Assembly: GCA_041738235.1 (NCBI GenBank)
Contig: JBGSQF010000013.1
Coordinates: 193,899-257,898, forward strand
Reading direction: 5' to 3'
DNA from: Minisyncoccia bacterium
GTDB taxonomy: Bacteria; Patescibacteriota; Minisyncoccia; Moranbacterales; GCA-2747515
Length of the DNA: 64,000 bases
In this document: one piece after another, positions 9,524 through 18,489 of the stretch
Numbering within the stretch: position 1 is the stretch's first letter
Layout: each line of letters opens with the position of its first letter
The notes under the pieces: model-generated
What the model saw: only the letters and a program-made list of their open reading frames with translations
Told to the model about the DNA's origin: nothing
Databases searched by the model: none
Program-made: the position numbers and the translations under genes

Positions 9524-9982
9524 GTGAATAAAACACCTGTAGAACTGGCGAGCATGCCCCCAGAAGCATTCCACGATCACCTCCTGGGAATCCTTCAGGA
9601 AATGCTCAGCCAGAACGAAAGTGGCGACGCTCCCGACAGAGGATTTTCCAATGCCGGTATCAACGATGAGGTTGATCGTGCTGCCCTGGGGATGCATCGA
9701 GAAACAGCTCAAGGATTCAGACAGATGAAAGGTGCCAACAAGGAGGAGTGTCGGGAAGCTCTCGATCGGATCAAGCACCACCCCGCGGAGATCGAAGTTT
9801 GTCAGAGCGGACTGGATGAGGACGATGGCTGTGAAGGGATCATTAGTCGGGCCCGACTTCAAGCCTACCCAATGACAACCCTTTGCAGGAACTGCCAGGA
9901 AAGGGCGGAGCGCAAAGATCCTTCCAATGGGAGAAACCGAATCGTACATCGACCCATCCGGATAGGAATGCTCAAGACATAG
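9524..9982 (+). CDS. DksA/TraR-like C4 zinc-finger protein
   Basis: Coiled coil with DEVDRA tip, ALDRI, C...C-EGIISRARLQAYPMTTLCRNC; GTG start with a purine-rich SD. Confidence 0.8.
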   Translation: MNKTPVELASMPPEAFHDHLLGILQEMLSQNESGDAPDRGFSNAGINDEVDRAALGMHRETAQGFRQMKGANKEECREALDRIKHHPAEIEVCQSGLDEDDGCEGIISRARLQAYPMTTLCRNCQERAERKDPSNGRNRIVHRPIRIGMLKT

Positions 9983-10119
9983 CGCTTCCCTCGAAAATTC
10001 CATCGATAAACACGTGAGACTCAAGAGCAACAAAGATTGCCTGAACTCATGACCTAGTGTTTTTATCGATGGATATCGTAGACAGGGTTACTAGGTCCCC
10101 CGCCCGTCTACACCATCAT

Positions 10120-10159
10120 TCATGGACAGTCTTTCCCGCAGGAGCTGTCCATGTTTTTT
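10120..10159 (+). terminator. Rho-independent terminator
   Basis: CATGGACAG...CTGTCCATG followed by a T-run. Confidence 0.75.
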
Positions 10160-10217
10160 ATTCTTCAAAAAAATGCTTATGAAAAAATCTGAGACAAAAA
10201 ATATCTATCCTTCAAAC

Positions 10218-11936
10218 TCATTTCTTGTCACTTGTTGCCTGTTGTAATCCCTTGATCATTATCTGCACACTCCGTCTTCCGTTCCAAACGTTTTCCTGAA
10301 TATTGCCCACTACATCGACCACCGCACCACTTGTCCAGGTTGTTTCTCCCCCTCCAAGATGAAATCCGATCCCATCCACAAAACGCTTTTGTTCTCCGTT
10401 TGACACTTCCAAGATCATTTTGAGATGTTTTTCCCCGTTTCCCACATATCTCGTCTCACGAATGATTGCATGAGGAATACAAAACAAGGGTTCGACATTT
10501 CCGATCCCAAATGGCTCGAACTGTTTGAGAAGTCTCACGAAGTCCAATGTAAAAAAATCCAACTCCGCGACGGCGTCTACCTCTTCCTGTATTTCCCTGC
10601 CTAAGTCGCTCTCCTTCATCATTTCTGATACTTGCGCGTGAAATCGCTCATGAAACGCATCGAGATTTTCGTTTTTTATGATCATCCCCGCAGCTTGCTC
10701 ATGTCCTCCATATCGCACTAGTAAATCTCGACACGCCTCTATGGCGCGTATCACACTCACCCCGGGAATACTCCGAAATGATCCGTGACTTTCTGCTTCT
10801 CCCCGCGTAAGGATCGCCGTTGGCTTTTTGAACTCATCGGCTATGCGCCCCGCTACCAACCCTACGATCCCCAAAGGATAATGAGGTTCAGCAGAAACGA
10901 TACACTGCTTATCAATGAATTTCTCACGCACCAAGATCCGTACCTCATCAGTGATCTTTGCCGTTATCTTTTGGCGATCTTTATTATGTTTCTCCAAAGT
11001 CTGGGCAAGTTCGTGCGCACGGTCACGGTCTTTGGTCACCAAGAGTTCATGTGCCACTTTTGCATGCGCCATACGCCCGGCAGCGTTGATCCGTGGCGCA
11101 ATAGAAAATCCTATCGTTTCGGCATTGGGTAGATTTTCCTCGCCAATGCGCATACGTCCAACGGTATACAGTTCCTGCAATCCCGCTCTTCGAGTCTTTG
11201 AAAGCACAATGAGCCCATACTTCACAAGCACACGATTTTCTCCGATTATCGGCATACAGTCCGCTACCGTTCCAACCGCTACTAGATCCAATAGCCATTT
11301 TAATTGGTCTTCTTTTTCTGGCGCAAGTTTCTGATAAACACCCTGCATCACCTTGAACGCCGTTCCCGCGCCACATAGCTCACGGAAAGGATACCCTGAC
11401 TCAGGCATTTTCGGATTGATACTCACTAGTGCCGGTGGAAGCACTTTGGGAATATGGTGGTGATCGATCACTACCACGTCCATTCCGTGTTCCTTGGCCC
11501 ACAAGATCTCATCATAATTCGATATCCCACAATCCACGGTGAATACCAATGACACACCATTGTCCAAAAAATATTGCATGCCCAAAATACTCACCCCATG
11601 CCCCTCAACATTTTTGTCAGGAATATACACGAGCGCTTCAAGCCCCAATACTTCCAGCCCTTCACAAAGGATCGCTGATCCCGTAACTCCATCTGCGTCA
11701 AAATCCCCAAACACGCCTACTTTTTCTTTTTTTTGCAAAGCAACCTGGATGCGATCGACGACGTCACTCATGCCCACGAACAAAAATGGATCGTGAAGAT
11801 GTGTTTCATAATCGGGAAAGAAAAATTGATCACGCTCCTCACTCGTCAAAATACCTCTTTTTTCAAGAAGTCTTTTGACTATTGGATGCTCCAAAATACC
11901 ACTCGGTGTATTTCTCCCAGCTTTTTTAGGATCCAT
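10218..11936 (-). CDS. recJ: ssDNA-specific exonuclease RecJ
   Basis: GDFDADGVT, TVDCGI, IDHH, GTVAD, PRINAAGR, YGGHEQAAG, EPFGIGN. Confidence 0.97.
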   Translation of the reverse strand: MDPKKAGRNTPSGILEHPIVKRLLEKRGILTSEERDQFFFPDYETHLHDPFLFVGMSDVVDRIQVALQKKEKVGVFGDFDADGVTGSAILCEGLEVLGLEALVYIPDKNVEGHGVSILGMQYFLDNGVSLVFTVDCGISNYDEILWAKEHGMDVVVIDHHHIPKVLPPALVSINPKMPESGYPFRELCGAGTAFKVMQGVYQKLAPEKEDQLKWLLDLVAVGTVADCMPIIGENRVLVKYGLIVLSKTRRAGLQELYTVGRMRIGEENLPNAETIGFSIAPRINAAGRMAHAKVAHELLVTKDRDRAHELAQTLEKHNKDRQKITAKITDEVRILVREKFIDKQCIVSAEPHYPLGIVGLVAGRIADEFKKPTAILTRGEAESHGSFRSIPGVSVIRAIEACRDLLVRYGGHEQAAGMIIKNENLDAFHERFHAQVSEMMKESDLGREIQEEVDAVAELDFFTLDFVRLLKQFEPFGIGNVEPLFCIPHAIIRETRYVGNGEKHLKMILEVSNGEQKRFVDGIGFHLGGGETTWTSGAVVDVVGNIQENVWNGRRSVQIMIKGLQQATSDKK

Positions 11937-11978
11937 ATTCGGTGTTTTTATGCTTTGTCAGGAACTCTTCGTCACTCG

Positions 11979-12548
11979 CTAAACTTGTCTCCATCCACAA
12001 CGAGGACAAACGAATTGTGTCGTATGCACGCCCTTTGCCCCAACTTGCAGTTTTAAGATCATGGGCTCATTGCACTCGGCACATTGAAAATGTCCATTAA
12101 AGCTTAGGTCTCGAGCCAAACGTTGTGCATCGAGATTATATTTATCAAAATCCAGCGCGTATTCAGACCCTTCCGCAAATATCGCAGACACAAGGTCCAC
12201 CACCTCTCCGGGAGTCGTGAAATCACGGATAATGAATTCTTTCACCCCAAGATCATTGGCTCGCTTCCGATCTTCCTCTCGTCCAAGGTGAGAAGACATA
12301 AAAAATGGAATATTGGCCGTCAAAACATTTTTCTTAAGTGTCTCGATAAGCGTAAAACCATCCATTCGCGGCATAACAATACCCGTAAATATCACATCTG
12401 GCATTTTGGTCGTTGCCACATCCACTCCCTCAACTCCGTCGTTGGCCTCCAATACCTCAAACCCAGATTGACGAAATATATCCGCATACATCTCTCGCGT
12501 AAACACATCATCATCAACGATCAGAACCTTCCTTTTTGTTTTATTCAT
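11979..12548 (-). CDS. Atypical response regulator (receiver + C-terminal CxxC/CxxC zinc ribbon)
   Basis: VLIVDDD, DVIFTGIVMPRMDG; CAEC...CPRC. Start reassigned to MNKTK. Confidence 0.88.
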   Translation of the reverse strand: MNKTKRKVLIVDDDVFTREMYADIFRQSGFEVLEANDGVEGVDVATTKMPDVIFTGIVMPRMDGFTLIETLKKNVLTANIPFFMSSHLGREEDRKRANDLGVKEFIIRDFTTPGEVVDLVSAIFAEGSEYALDFDKYNLDAQRLARDLSFNGHFQCAECNEPMILKLQVGAKGVHTTQFVCPRCGWRQV

Positions 12549-12598
12549 AGAACACCTCTTAAACAAATAAAATAGCCTGCGTAAAGTATACCACAAAT

Positions 12599-14365
12599 TT
12601 AATCTCCAATAAACCCGCCGGCCTGCTGCTTCCAAAATGTTGCGTATACCCCCCCTTGATCCACAAGGTCTTTATGCCTCCCCTCTTCCACTACCCTTCC
12701 ATTTTCCACAACTAAAATACGATCCATTTTTTGTATCGTGCTTAAGCGGTGCGCAATAACGATCGTCGTTCGCTCCCTCATAAGTGCATCCAATGCCTCT
12801 TGAATATACTTCTCGCTCATGCTATCCAGTGAACTGGTTGCCTCATCAAGCACTAAGATCGGAGCATCCTTGAGCATCGCTCGAGCGATCGCCACGCGTT
12901 GCCTCTCACCGCCAGAGAGCTTCACGCCCCGCTCTCCCACCAACGTATCGTATCCTTTGGGAAGACTTTCAATAAACTCATGTGCACGAGCCTGCTTGGC
13001 GACAGCAATGATCTCTTCGTCAGTTGCTCCCAACCTTCCATAGGCAATGTTTTCTCGAAGTGTTCGATGAAAAAGAAGGGGTTCTTGTGGAACATAGGAG
13101 ATGCTCCTCCGCAGATCATCCTGACGAATCCGTCGAATGTTCTGTCCATCAATAAGCACCGCTCCGCTGGACACATCCAAGAAGCGAAGGAGTATTTTTG
13201 TGATTGTGGTCTTTCCAGCGCCACTGTGCCCAACAAGCCCAACCTTCTCCCCAGGATGGATATGCAAAGAAAAGTTCTCAAATATCTTTCGATTCCCCTT
13301 TTCATAAACAAAAGACACCTCTTTAAATGCAATATCACCTTTTGTGATATGACACTCTTCAGAGCGTTTTGGATCCCGTACTGAAGGTCTCTTTTCAAAG
13401 ATCTCCACCATTTCCTTCGCATCCGAAAGGGATTTCTCGATATCCATAAGAGCGCGACCAAATCCCCATACCGCGTCGAACGTTCCAAATATATATATCT
13501 GCACAAGCATGATCGTACCCACAGATACCTGTCCTTTGCCCCAAAGGTACACTGTAAAATACATGATCCCAAACTCCAGCACGATAAATAAAGCACCCTG
13601 AATGGCTATTGAATAATTTCTCATAAGCCATGCTCTTCGACGAACACGCTCCCAAAGAGAGGTTGTTTGTTTAAAAGATCGAAGTTCCCGACTTTTTAAG
13701 CCAAACAACTTTATTGTCAACGTATTGCTCACTGTATCCGCGTATTGCGCGATAGACCGAGAGTCCATACTTGCCTCTTCAAGATCATACGGCATCTTTT
13801 TTCGAGAAAAGTATAAGGACAACCAAATAAATAAAACGATCCAGATAAAGTACAATAAACCAATGATCGGCACACTCAAAAGCAACACGATCAGTGACCC
13901 GATCGCCTGAACGGAACGAAATACAATATGCCAAAGAAAGTTATTAAACACCGAGGAAAAAGATCCAATAAATCTCTTGGTCTTCGATACCAATGATCCC
14001 GAAAAATTATCTGCGAAAAAGACATAAGATTGTTCATGCACTTTCTGAAATGCGTAATCGGCAAGATCCCGAAGAACATTACTTTCAAAAAAAACACCAA
14101 AATAATCTCCGAGACGAAACAAGACATTATAAATGATAATAGCCCCTCCCAATACCCACACCCACATAAAAATACTCGAAATAGCCTCATCACTCATAAC
14201 ACCAAGGGATGCCACATCAATTATTTCTTTGTAGATCAAGGGCACGATCGTATTGGCCAATATGCCGGCTATAACATACAACACAAAAACGGCGATCCCT
14301 GATCTTGGATATTTTCTGGCTTGTAACCAATAATACTTAAGTATGGTGCGCAGCGCTCTGTTCAC
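12599..14365 (-). CDS. ABC exporter, fused permease/ATPase
   Basis: About 6 TM helices; GHSGAGKTT, LSGGERQR, LDEATSSLD. Confidence 0.95.
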   Translation of the reverse strand: MNRALRTILKYYWLQARKYPRSGIAVFVLYVIAGILANTIVPLIYKEIIDVASLGVMSDEAISSIFMWVWVLGGAIIIYNVLFRLGDYFGVFFESNVLRDLADYAFQKVHEQSYVFFADNFSGSLVSKTKRFIGSFSSVFNNFLWHIVFRSVQAIGSLIVLLLSVPIIGLLYFIWIVLFIWLSLYFSRKKMPYDLEEASMDSRSIAQYADTVSNTLTIKLFGLKSRELRSFKQTTSLWERVRRRAWLMRNYSIAIQGALFIVLEFGIMYFTVYLWGKGQVSVGTIMLVQIYIFGTFDAVWGFGRALMDIEKSLSDAKEMVEIFEKRPSVRDPKRSEECHITKGDIAFKEVSFVYEKGNRKIFENFSLHIHPGEKVGLVGHSGAGKTTITKILLRFLDVSSGAVLIDGQNIRRIRQDDLRRSISYVPQEPLLFHRTLRENIAYGRLGATDEEIIAVAKQARAHEFIESLPKGYDTLVGERGVKLSGGERQRVAIARAMLKDAPILVLDEATSSLDSMSEKYIQEALDALMRERTTIVIAHRLSTIQKMDRILVVENGRVVEEGRHKDLVDQGGVYATFWKQQAGGFIGD

Positions 14366-14400
14366 AAAGAATCGTTAATGCCAATTTGAGTTAAAAATAT

Positions 14401-14865
14401 TCACCACGTGATCCTCTTATATCTTCCCATAAGTTCTGCCTGCTCGAGCATGTGTCCTTCGATAGCACGGAGTAGCTCTGCTTTCGAAGAATCTCTTTCG
14501 AGATCAAGGACAACATCAAGTGCATATAACCGAAAAAAATACCGATGCTCTCGATCTGGCGGACAGGGCGGTGTCCAGTCATGACGACCGCTCGTATTAA
14601 TACCAATAGTGCCAACTGGAACTCCTCCCTCAGTTATACCCTGTGTTTCAGGCGACATATTCCACACAAGCCAGTGGTTCCACATTCCATCCTCACGAAC
14701 ATACTGCGGAACATCCGGATCTTCCACAATAAGAACCAAAGATACCGCGTTCTGAGGAACACCTTCAAATACAAGCGGTGGACTGACACGCTCTCCGTCA
14801 CACGTGTATTTCGAGGGGATCCTCTCTCCGTTCTTGAATTGTGTACTCGTGATCTGCATATTCAT
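14401..14865 (-). CDS. YbhB/YbcL family (PEBP/RKIP-like) protein
   Basis: EDPDVP, HWLVWN, PPCPP..HRYFFRLYALD. Confidence 0.93.
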   Translation of the reverse strand: MNMQITSTQFKNGERIPSKYTCDGERVSPPLVFEGVPQNAVSLVLIVEDPDVPQYVREDGMWNHWLVWNMSPETQGITEGGVPVGTIGINTSGRHDWTPPCPPDREHRYFFRLYALDVVLDLERDSSKAELLRAIEGHMLEQAELMGRYKRITW

Positions 14866-14961
14866 AATTTGAAATATTGTGAACTGACCACTCGTAGTAT
14901 CTTGGATGGGTTACATAAAAAGACAATTGCCACACCACTCATTATACACTATACTCACCCT

Positions 14962-15903
14962 ATGCCCATACTTGAAATAAAAGATCTCGAAAAAAAGTAT
15001 ACCAACAGTGTACAGGCACTCAAAAATGTTACTCTTAACATCAACAAGGGAGAACTTTTTGCACTCCTTGGACCCAACGGTGCAGGAAAAACCACGCTCA
15101 TTGGTATTGTTTGTGGGACAGTTCGCAAAACAGGTGGCACGATCATGGTAGATGGACACGATGCGGAAAGTAATTGGCGTGCGGTGCGTCAACTTATCGG
15201 ATATGTTCCTCAAGAACTCACGCTCAATCCATTCGACACCGTATGGGACACTCTCTTTTATCAACGTGGCTTCTACGGACGTCCGCGAAATGATGCTCTC
15301 CTTGAAAAGATCCTCAAAGACCTTTCTCTCTGGGATAAAAGAAGATCCATGATCCGTGAACTCTCGGGGGGCATGAAACGACGCGTGCTCATCGGCAAGG
15401 CCCTCACCAATGAACCCCGGATACTTTTTCTCGATGAGCCCTCGGCAGGAGTAGATGTGGAACTCCGCAAAGGCATGTGGGATTTCGTGGGCAAACTTAA
15501 GACAGAAGGCGTAACCGTTGTTCTTACCACACACTATCTCGAAGAAGCGGAGTTACTTGCCGATCGCATCGGCATCATCCGAGAAGGAGAGCTAGCCTTT
15601 GTAGAAGAAAAACAAGCGCTTCTTCATCGATTTGGCGAAAAAACGCTCACCCTTTTTCTTGAAAAGCCCATCGACACTATCCCCCCTTCACTCAAAGGTT
15701 TTGACCTGATCCTTTCGGAAAACAAAAAAAATCTGATATATCACTACTCCAAAGGTCAAACGAACGTCACGGATCTTTTAAAAAACCTCCACAGTGAACG
15801 AATTTTCTACCAGAATATGGAAACGGCAACCAGCTCACTTGAAGACATTTTCTTACAGCTCATAGAAAAAAAGGGGGAGACCCAGAAAATCACAAATCTC
15901 TAA
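14962..15903 (+). CDS. ABC-2 transporter ATP-binding subunit (YadG-like)
   Basis: GPNGAGKTT, LSGGMKRR, LDEPSAGVD, TTHYLEEAE; start at MPILEIK. Confidence 0.95.
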   Translation: MPILEIKDLEKKYTNSVQALKNVTLNINKGELFALLGPNGAGKTTLIGIVCGTVRKTGGTIMVDGHDAESNWRAVRQLIGYVPQELTLNPFDTVWDTLFYQRGFYGRPRNDALLEKILKDLSLWDKRRSMIRELSGGMKRRVLIGKALTNEPRILFLDEPSAGVDVELRKGMWDFVGKLKTEGVTVVLTTHYLEEAELLADRIGIIREGELAFVEEKQALLHRFGEKTLTLFLEKPIDTIPPSLKGFDLILSENKKNLIYHYSKGQTNVTDLLKNLHSERIFYQNMETATSSLEDIFLQLIEKKGETQKITNL

Positions 15904-15914
15904 GACTTGCCCAT

Positions 15915-16676
15915 ATGAATTGGATCGGACTCAAAATGATCATTTGGAAAGAGTTGCAACGAACGCGACAAGTCTTTTTGCAAGCCGTGCTTTCCCCATT
16001 TCTCAGCACATTTTTGTATTTTATCGTGTTTGGAACGGCTATTGGGTCACAAATTGGAACCGTATCAGGCGTTTCCTATGGGCAATTCATTGTTCCCGGA
16101 ATGATGGCTATGGCGATCGTTATGAACTCCGTACTGGCCGCATCCAGCGGGATCTATTTCTTGCGTTTTATGGGAACGATCAATGATCTACTCACCGCAC
16201 CCCTTTCTTATATAGAGATCGTTCTCGGTTTCTCCATTGCTTCAGCGGCACGCACATCACTTATCTCAGCACTGATCTACCTTACAGCCCTACTCTTCGT
16301 ACCACTTCCAATAGCGCATCCTTTTTGGTTCTTCTTTTTTCTCTTTGGAAGTGCGATGGGATTTTCTTTTTTTGGTCTTCTGCTGGGTATCTGGGCAAAG
16401 GATTTCGAGCAACTCTCCTTTGTCCCCACCATCATTATCACCCCCTTGAGCTTCTTGGGTGGGGTTTTTTATTCTCTTACGATGCTTCCCCCTCTTTGGC
16501 AAAAACTTACTCTTATCAATCCTCTCTTCTATTTGGTGGACGCCTTACGCTATAGCTTACTCGGTATCTCTTCAACATCGCTTACCATCAGTATTCTCTT
16601 TATCCTAGTGCTTTGGATAGTCCCACTGATCTTACTCAGAAAGATATTCTTGTCAGGATATAAAATACGAAATTAG
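15915..16676 (+). CDS. ABC-2 transporter permease (YadH-like)
   Basis: Six TM segments, FLGGVFYS, NPLFYLVDALRY. Confidence 0.93.
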   Translation: MNWIGLKMIIWKELQRTRQVFLQAVLSPFLSTFLYFIVFGTAIGSQIGTVSGVSYGQFIVPGMMAMAIVMNSVLAASSGIYFLRFMGTINDLLTAPLSYIEIVLGFSIASAARTSLISALIYLTALLFVPLPIAHPFWFFFFLFGSAMGFSFFGLLLGIWAKDFEQLSFVPTIIITPLSFLGGVFYSLTMLPPLWQKLTLINPLFYLVDALRYSLLGISSTSLTISILFILVLWIVPLILLRKIFLSGYKIRN

Positions 16677-16710
16677 GAATGCCTTTAAAAAACTTGTCGA
16701 AAAATAAAAC

Positions 16711-16752
16711 AGGCGCACCGAAGGAATCCCTTCCTTTGGCACGCCTTTTTTT
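16711..16752. terminator. Bidirectional terminator-like hairpin between convergent genes
   Basis: AGGCG..AAGGAA-TCCC-TTCCTT..CGCCT flanked by A- and T-runs. Confidence 0.65.
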
Positions 16753-16770
16753 GCATTGGGTCAGGCAGAG

Positions 16771-17013
16771 TTACTGTCTAGCCCGCTCAAAATGTCCCAG
16801 TGGTGCCGGAGGAGGAAGTCCCCCATCCCGTTCATCACCGAACAATATTTGCCCTCTGCCGGCATTTACAGCCGCCGCATCGAGCTGATTCTGAGCCCTC
16901 TTCTTGTATTCCTTTTCCTCCGTTGTTTCCTTATCAGGCTGGTTGTCGTACTGCGATGTCACCGTCTTTTCCTCCGCCCATTTGGGCATGTTGTTCCATG
17001 CGGAACTCCACAT
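16771..17013 (-). CDS. Small hypothetical protein (80 aa)
   Basis: ORF in the small-gene cluster, ending just before the hairpin. Confidence 0.55.
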   Translation of the reverse strand: MWSSAWNNMPKWAEEKTVTSQYDNQPDKETTEEKEYKKRAQNQLDAAAVNAGRGQILFGDERDGGLPPPAPLGHFERARQ

Positions 17014-17094
17014 GGACGCTTTTGTAAATATAGACCCCCTAACTGAGGTTGGCGCTCTCGCTGAGAAGCTTCTTTTTGAAAGCGCCTCACCACA

Positions 17095-17385
17095 TTAGGT
17101 CGGCCGAGCGTTTATGCGCGCTCTCTCCGCCTCGAGTCGAGCAACCCACTGGCGAAGTTGAGCATTGGTGGTTTCGAGGTCGCCAACCTGGGCCGCGAGA
17201 GTGGCATTCCTCCCCCGCTCTACAGCGAGCTCCAACGTAAGGTTCTGAACCTGCTGCTCACTGAGCGCCGAGGCACTCCCAAGCATCGCTATTTTCGTAT
17301 TTGCTTGCCCCAGTTCAGCCGCAAGGCGAGTATTTTCGGCAAGATACTTCTTTTCGTCAGGCGTCATATTTGCTCCGATTGCCAT
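17095..17385 (-). CDS. Small coiled-coil protein (96 aa)
   Basis: Heptad Leu pattern; own promoter at 17425-17453. Confidence 0.7.
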   Translation of the reverse strand: MAIGANMTPDEKKYLAENTRLAAELGQANTKIAMLGSASALSEQQVQNLTLELAVERGRNATLAAQVGDLETTNAQLRQWVARLEAERARINARPT

Positions 17386-17422
17386 TCAAACTTATCCCAC
17401 GGGGATCCGTAGGAATACATTC

Positions 17423-17517
17423 TTACCCTAGGTCGTTTTTTGCTTGTCGTCAACCTCAAAAAAAGCGAAAACCGGCACAGTCACTGAAAAGGATCTCCCT
17501 TCCTGACCGTGCCGGTT
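17423..17517. repeat. Intergenic direct repeat, copy 1 (hairpin + promoter)
   Basis: TTACCCTAGGT...TCGTCAAC...AAAAAGCGAAAACCGGCAC...TGACCGTGCCGG; the minus strand contains TTGACG-N17-TAGGGT. Confidence 0.85.
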
Positions 17518-17537
17518 GATTTTCCCTGCTCTCCTAT

Positions 17538-17741
17538 TTAGGGGTCATCCCCCTCGAGACGGATCCTCCTGTTTAGCCCCCCAAGCCGTCCATTTTCCAA
17601 CTCCAACTCCCGAATTCGTTTTTGTGTTTCAGTAAGCTGGATGAGAAGGCTCGTATTTCGATCAAGAGCGTCCGAGAGCTTACTCACAAGAGCTTCGATG
17701 CGCCTCTCGTAATCATCGCGTGTATTTTTTTCATCGGTCAT
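17538..17741 (-). CDS. Small coiled-coil protein (~67 aa)
   Basis: MTDEKNTRDDYERRIEALVSKL...; GGAG upstream; own promoter at 17801-17829. Confidence 0.7.
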   Translation of the reverse strand: MTDEKNTRDDYERRIEALVSKLSDALDRNTSLLIQLTETQKRIRELELENGRLGGLNRRIRLEGDDP

Positions 17742-17798
17742 CACGCGTATCTCCACTTGTCCTATCAATGTCTCGCAAGACTCTGCGAGAATACCTTT

Positions 17799-17886
17799 TT
17801 ACCCTAGGTTGTTTTATAAATATCGTCAACTTCATAAAAAGCGAAAACCGGCACGTCGTTGGGATACTACCCATTGACCGTGCCGG
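17799..17886. repeat. Intergenic direct repeat, copy 2 (TAGTAT-loop hairpin copy 3 + promoter)
   Basis: Same flanks as 17423-17517; CCGGCACG..TGGG-ATACTA-CCCA..CGTGCCGG; TTGACG-N17-TAGGGT on the minus strand. Confidence 0.85.
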
Positions 17887-17909
17887 CGTAACCGAGACGC
17901 GAGGCGAAG

Positions 17910-18245
17910 CTAAATTACATGCTCGCCCGCAACCTCATAGAAATTCCACCAACGAGTGACCCCCTCCTGAGGACGCTCGTTGTGATGGAAAACAGGGAGT
18001 TGACTCCGGAGCGCGATAACCTCGAGATGAAGACGCTCACGCTCTGCCTCTAGGTACTGAACCTCTTGGGACAGCTCTGTGTTTTCCCGCTCAAAGCGCC
18101 TGATCTTCTTGTCCTTTTCTTTCGCTTCATTTTGTAGCGCTGACACCATCCTTGTGAGACGTGCTATTTCCCCTTTGGAGCTCCCTTTTTGTTCTCCTTT
18201 GCCCTTTCCATTTACCCCGGGATCATCTCCCCAGCTCATGCTCAT
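17910..18245 (-). CDS. Small coiled-coil protein (alternative start at 18308)
   Basis: GAGGGAG SD before MSMSWGDDP; heptad pattern; promoter TTGACA-N17-TATTGT at 18328-18356. Confidence 0.7.
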   Translation of the reverse strand: MSMSWGDDPGVNGKGKGEQKGSSKGEIARLTRMVSALQNEAKEKDKKIRRFERENTELSQEVQYLEAERERLHLEVIALRSQLPVFHHNERPQEGVTRWWNFYEVAGEHVI

Positions 18246-18489
18246 ATCTTCTCCCTCGCCTCGTTGGGCGATTTGTTGACCAAAAACGAAACCTTTCAAA
18301 AAACCCATGTTTCAGAAAGATGAAAAGACAATACCCTTTTTCTCGTACTTTGTCAATGTTTAACACCTCCCGATTCCAATACAATTTTCTGAACAACTCC
18401 AGAGTCAACAATCAGATATAGTCCTTATAACCTTGCCACCCTCGTCCTTTTCCCCTACAATAGATACGTAACCATAATATCTTCAAAAT

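Noticed and set aside
9443-10033. 196-aa minus-strand ORF
   Set aside because: Antisense shadow of the DksA-like gene; no motifs.
12922-13596. 224-aa alternative-frame ORF
   Set aside because: Lies entirely within the ABC exporter gene; no independent signal.
14894-14901. Fourth GTAGTATC occurrence
   Set aside because: The flanks do not form a convincing stem, and it lies between divergent gene starts.
14545-14961. N-terminal extension of the ABC ATPase ORF
   Set aside because: Overlaps the YbhB-family gene on the opposite strand; the family start fits 14962.
8700-17097. Stop-codon reassignment suggested by two in-frame TAAs
   Set aside because: Conserved genes end normally at TAA, TAG and TGA throughout the window.
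17423-17886. Direct repeats as a CRISPR array
   Set aside because: Only two degenerate ~90-bp copies separated by an ORF; no cas genes.
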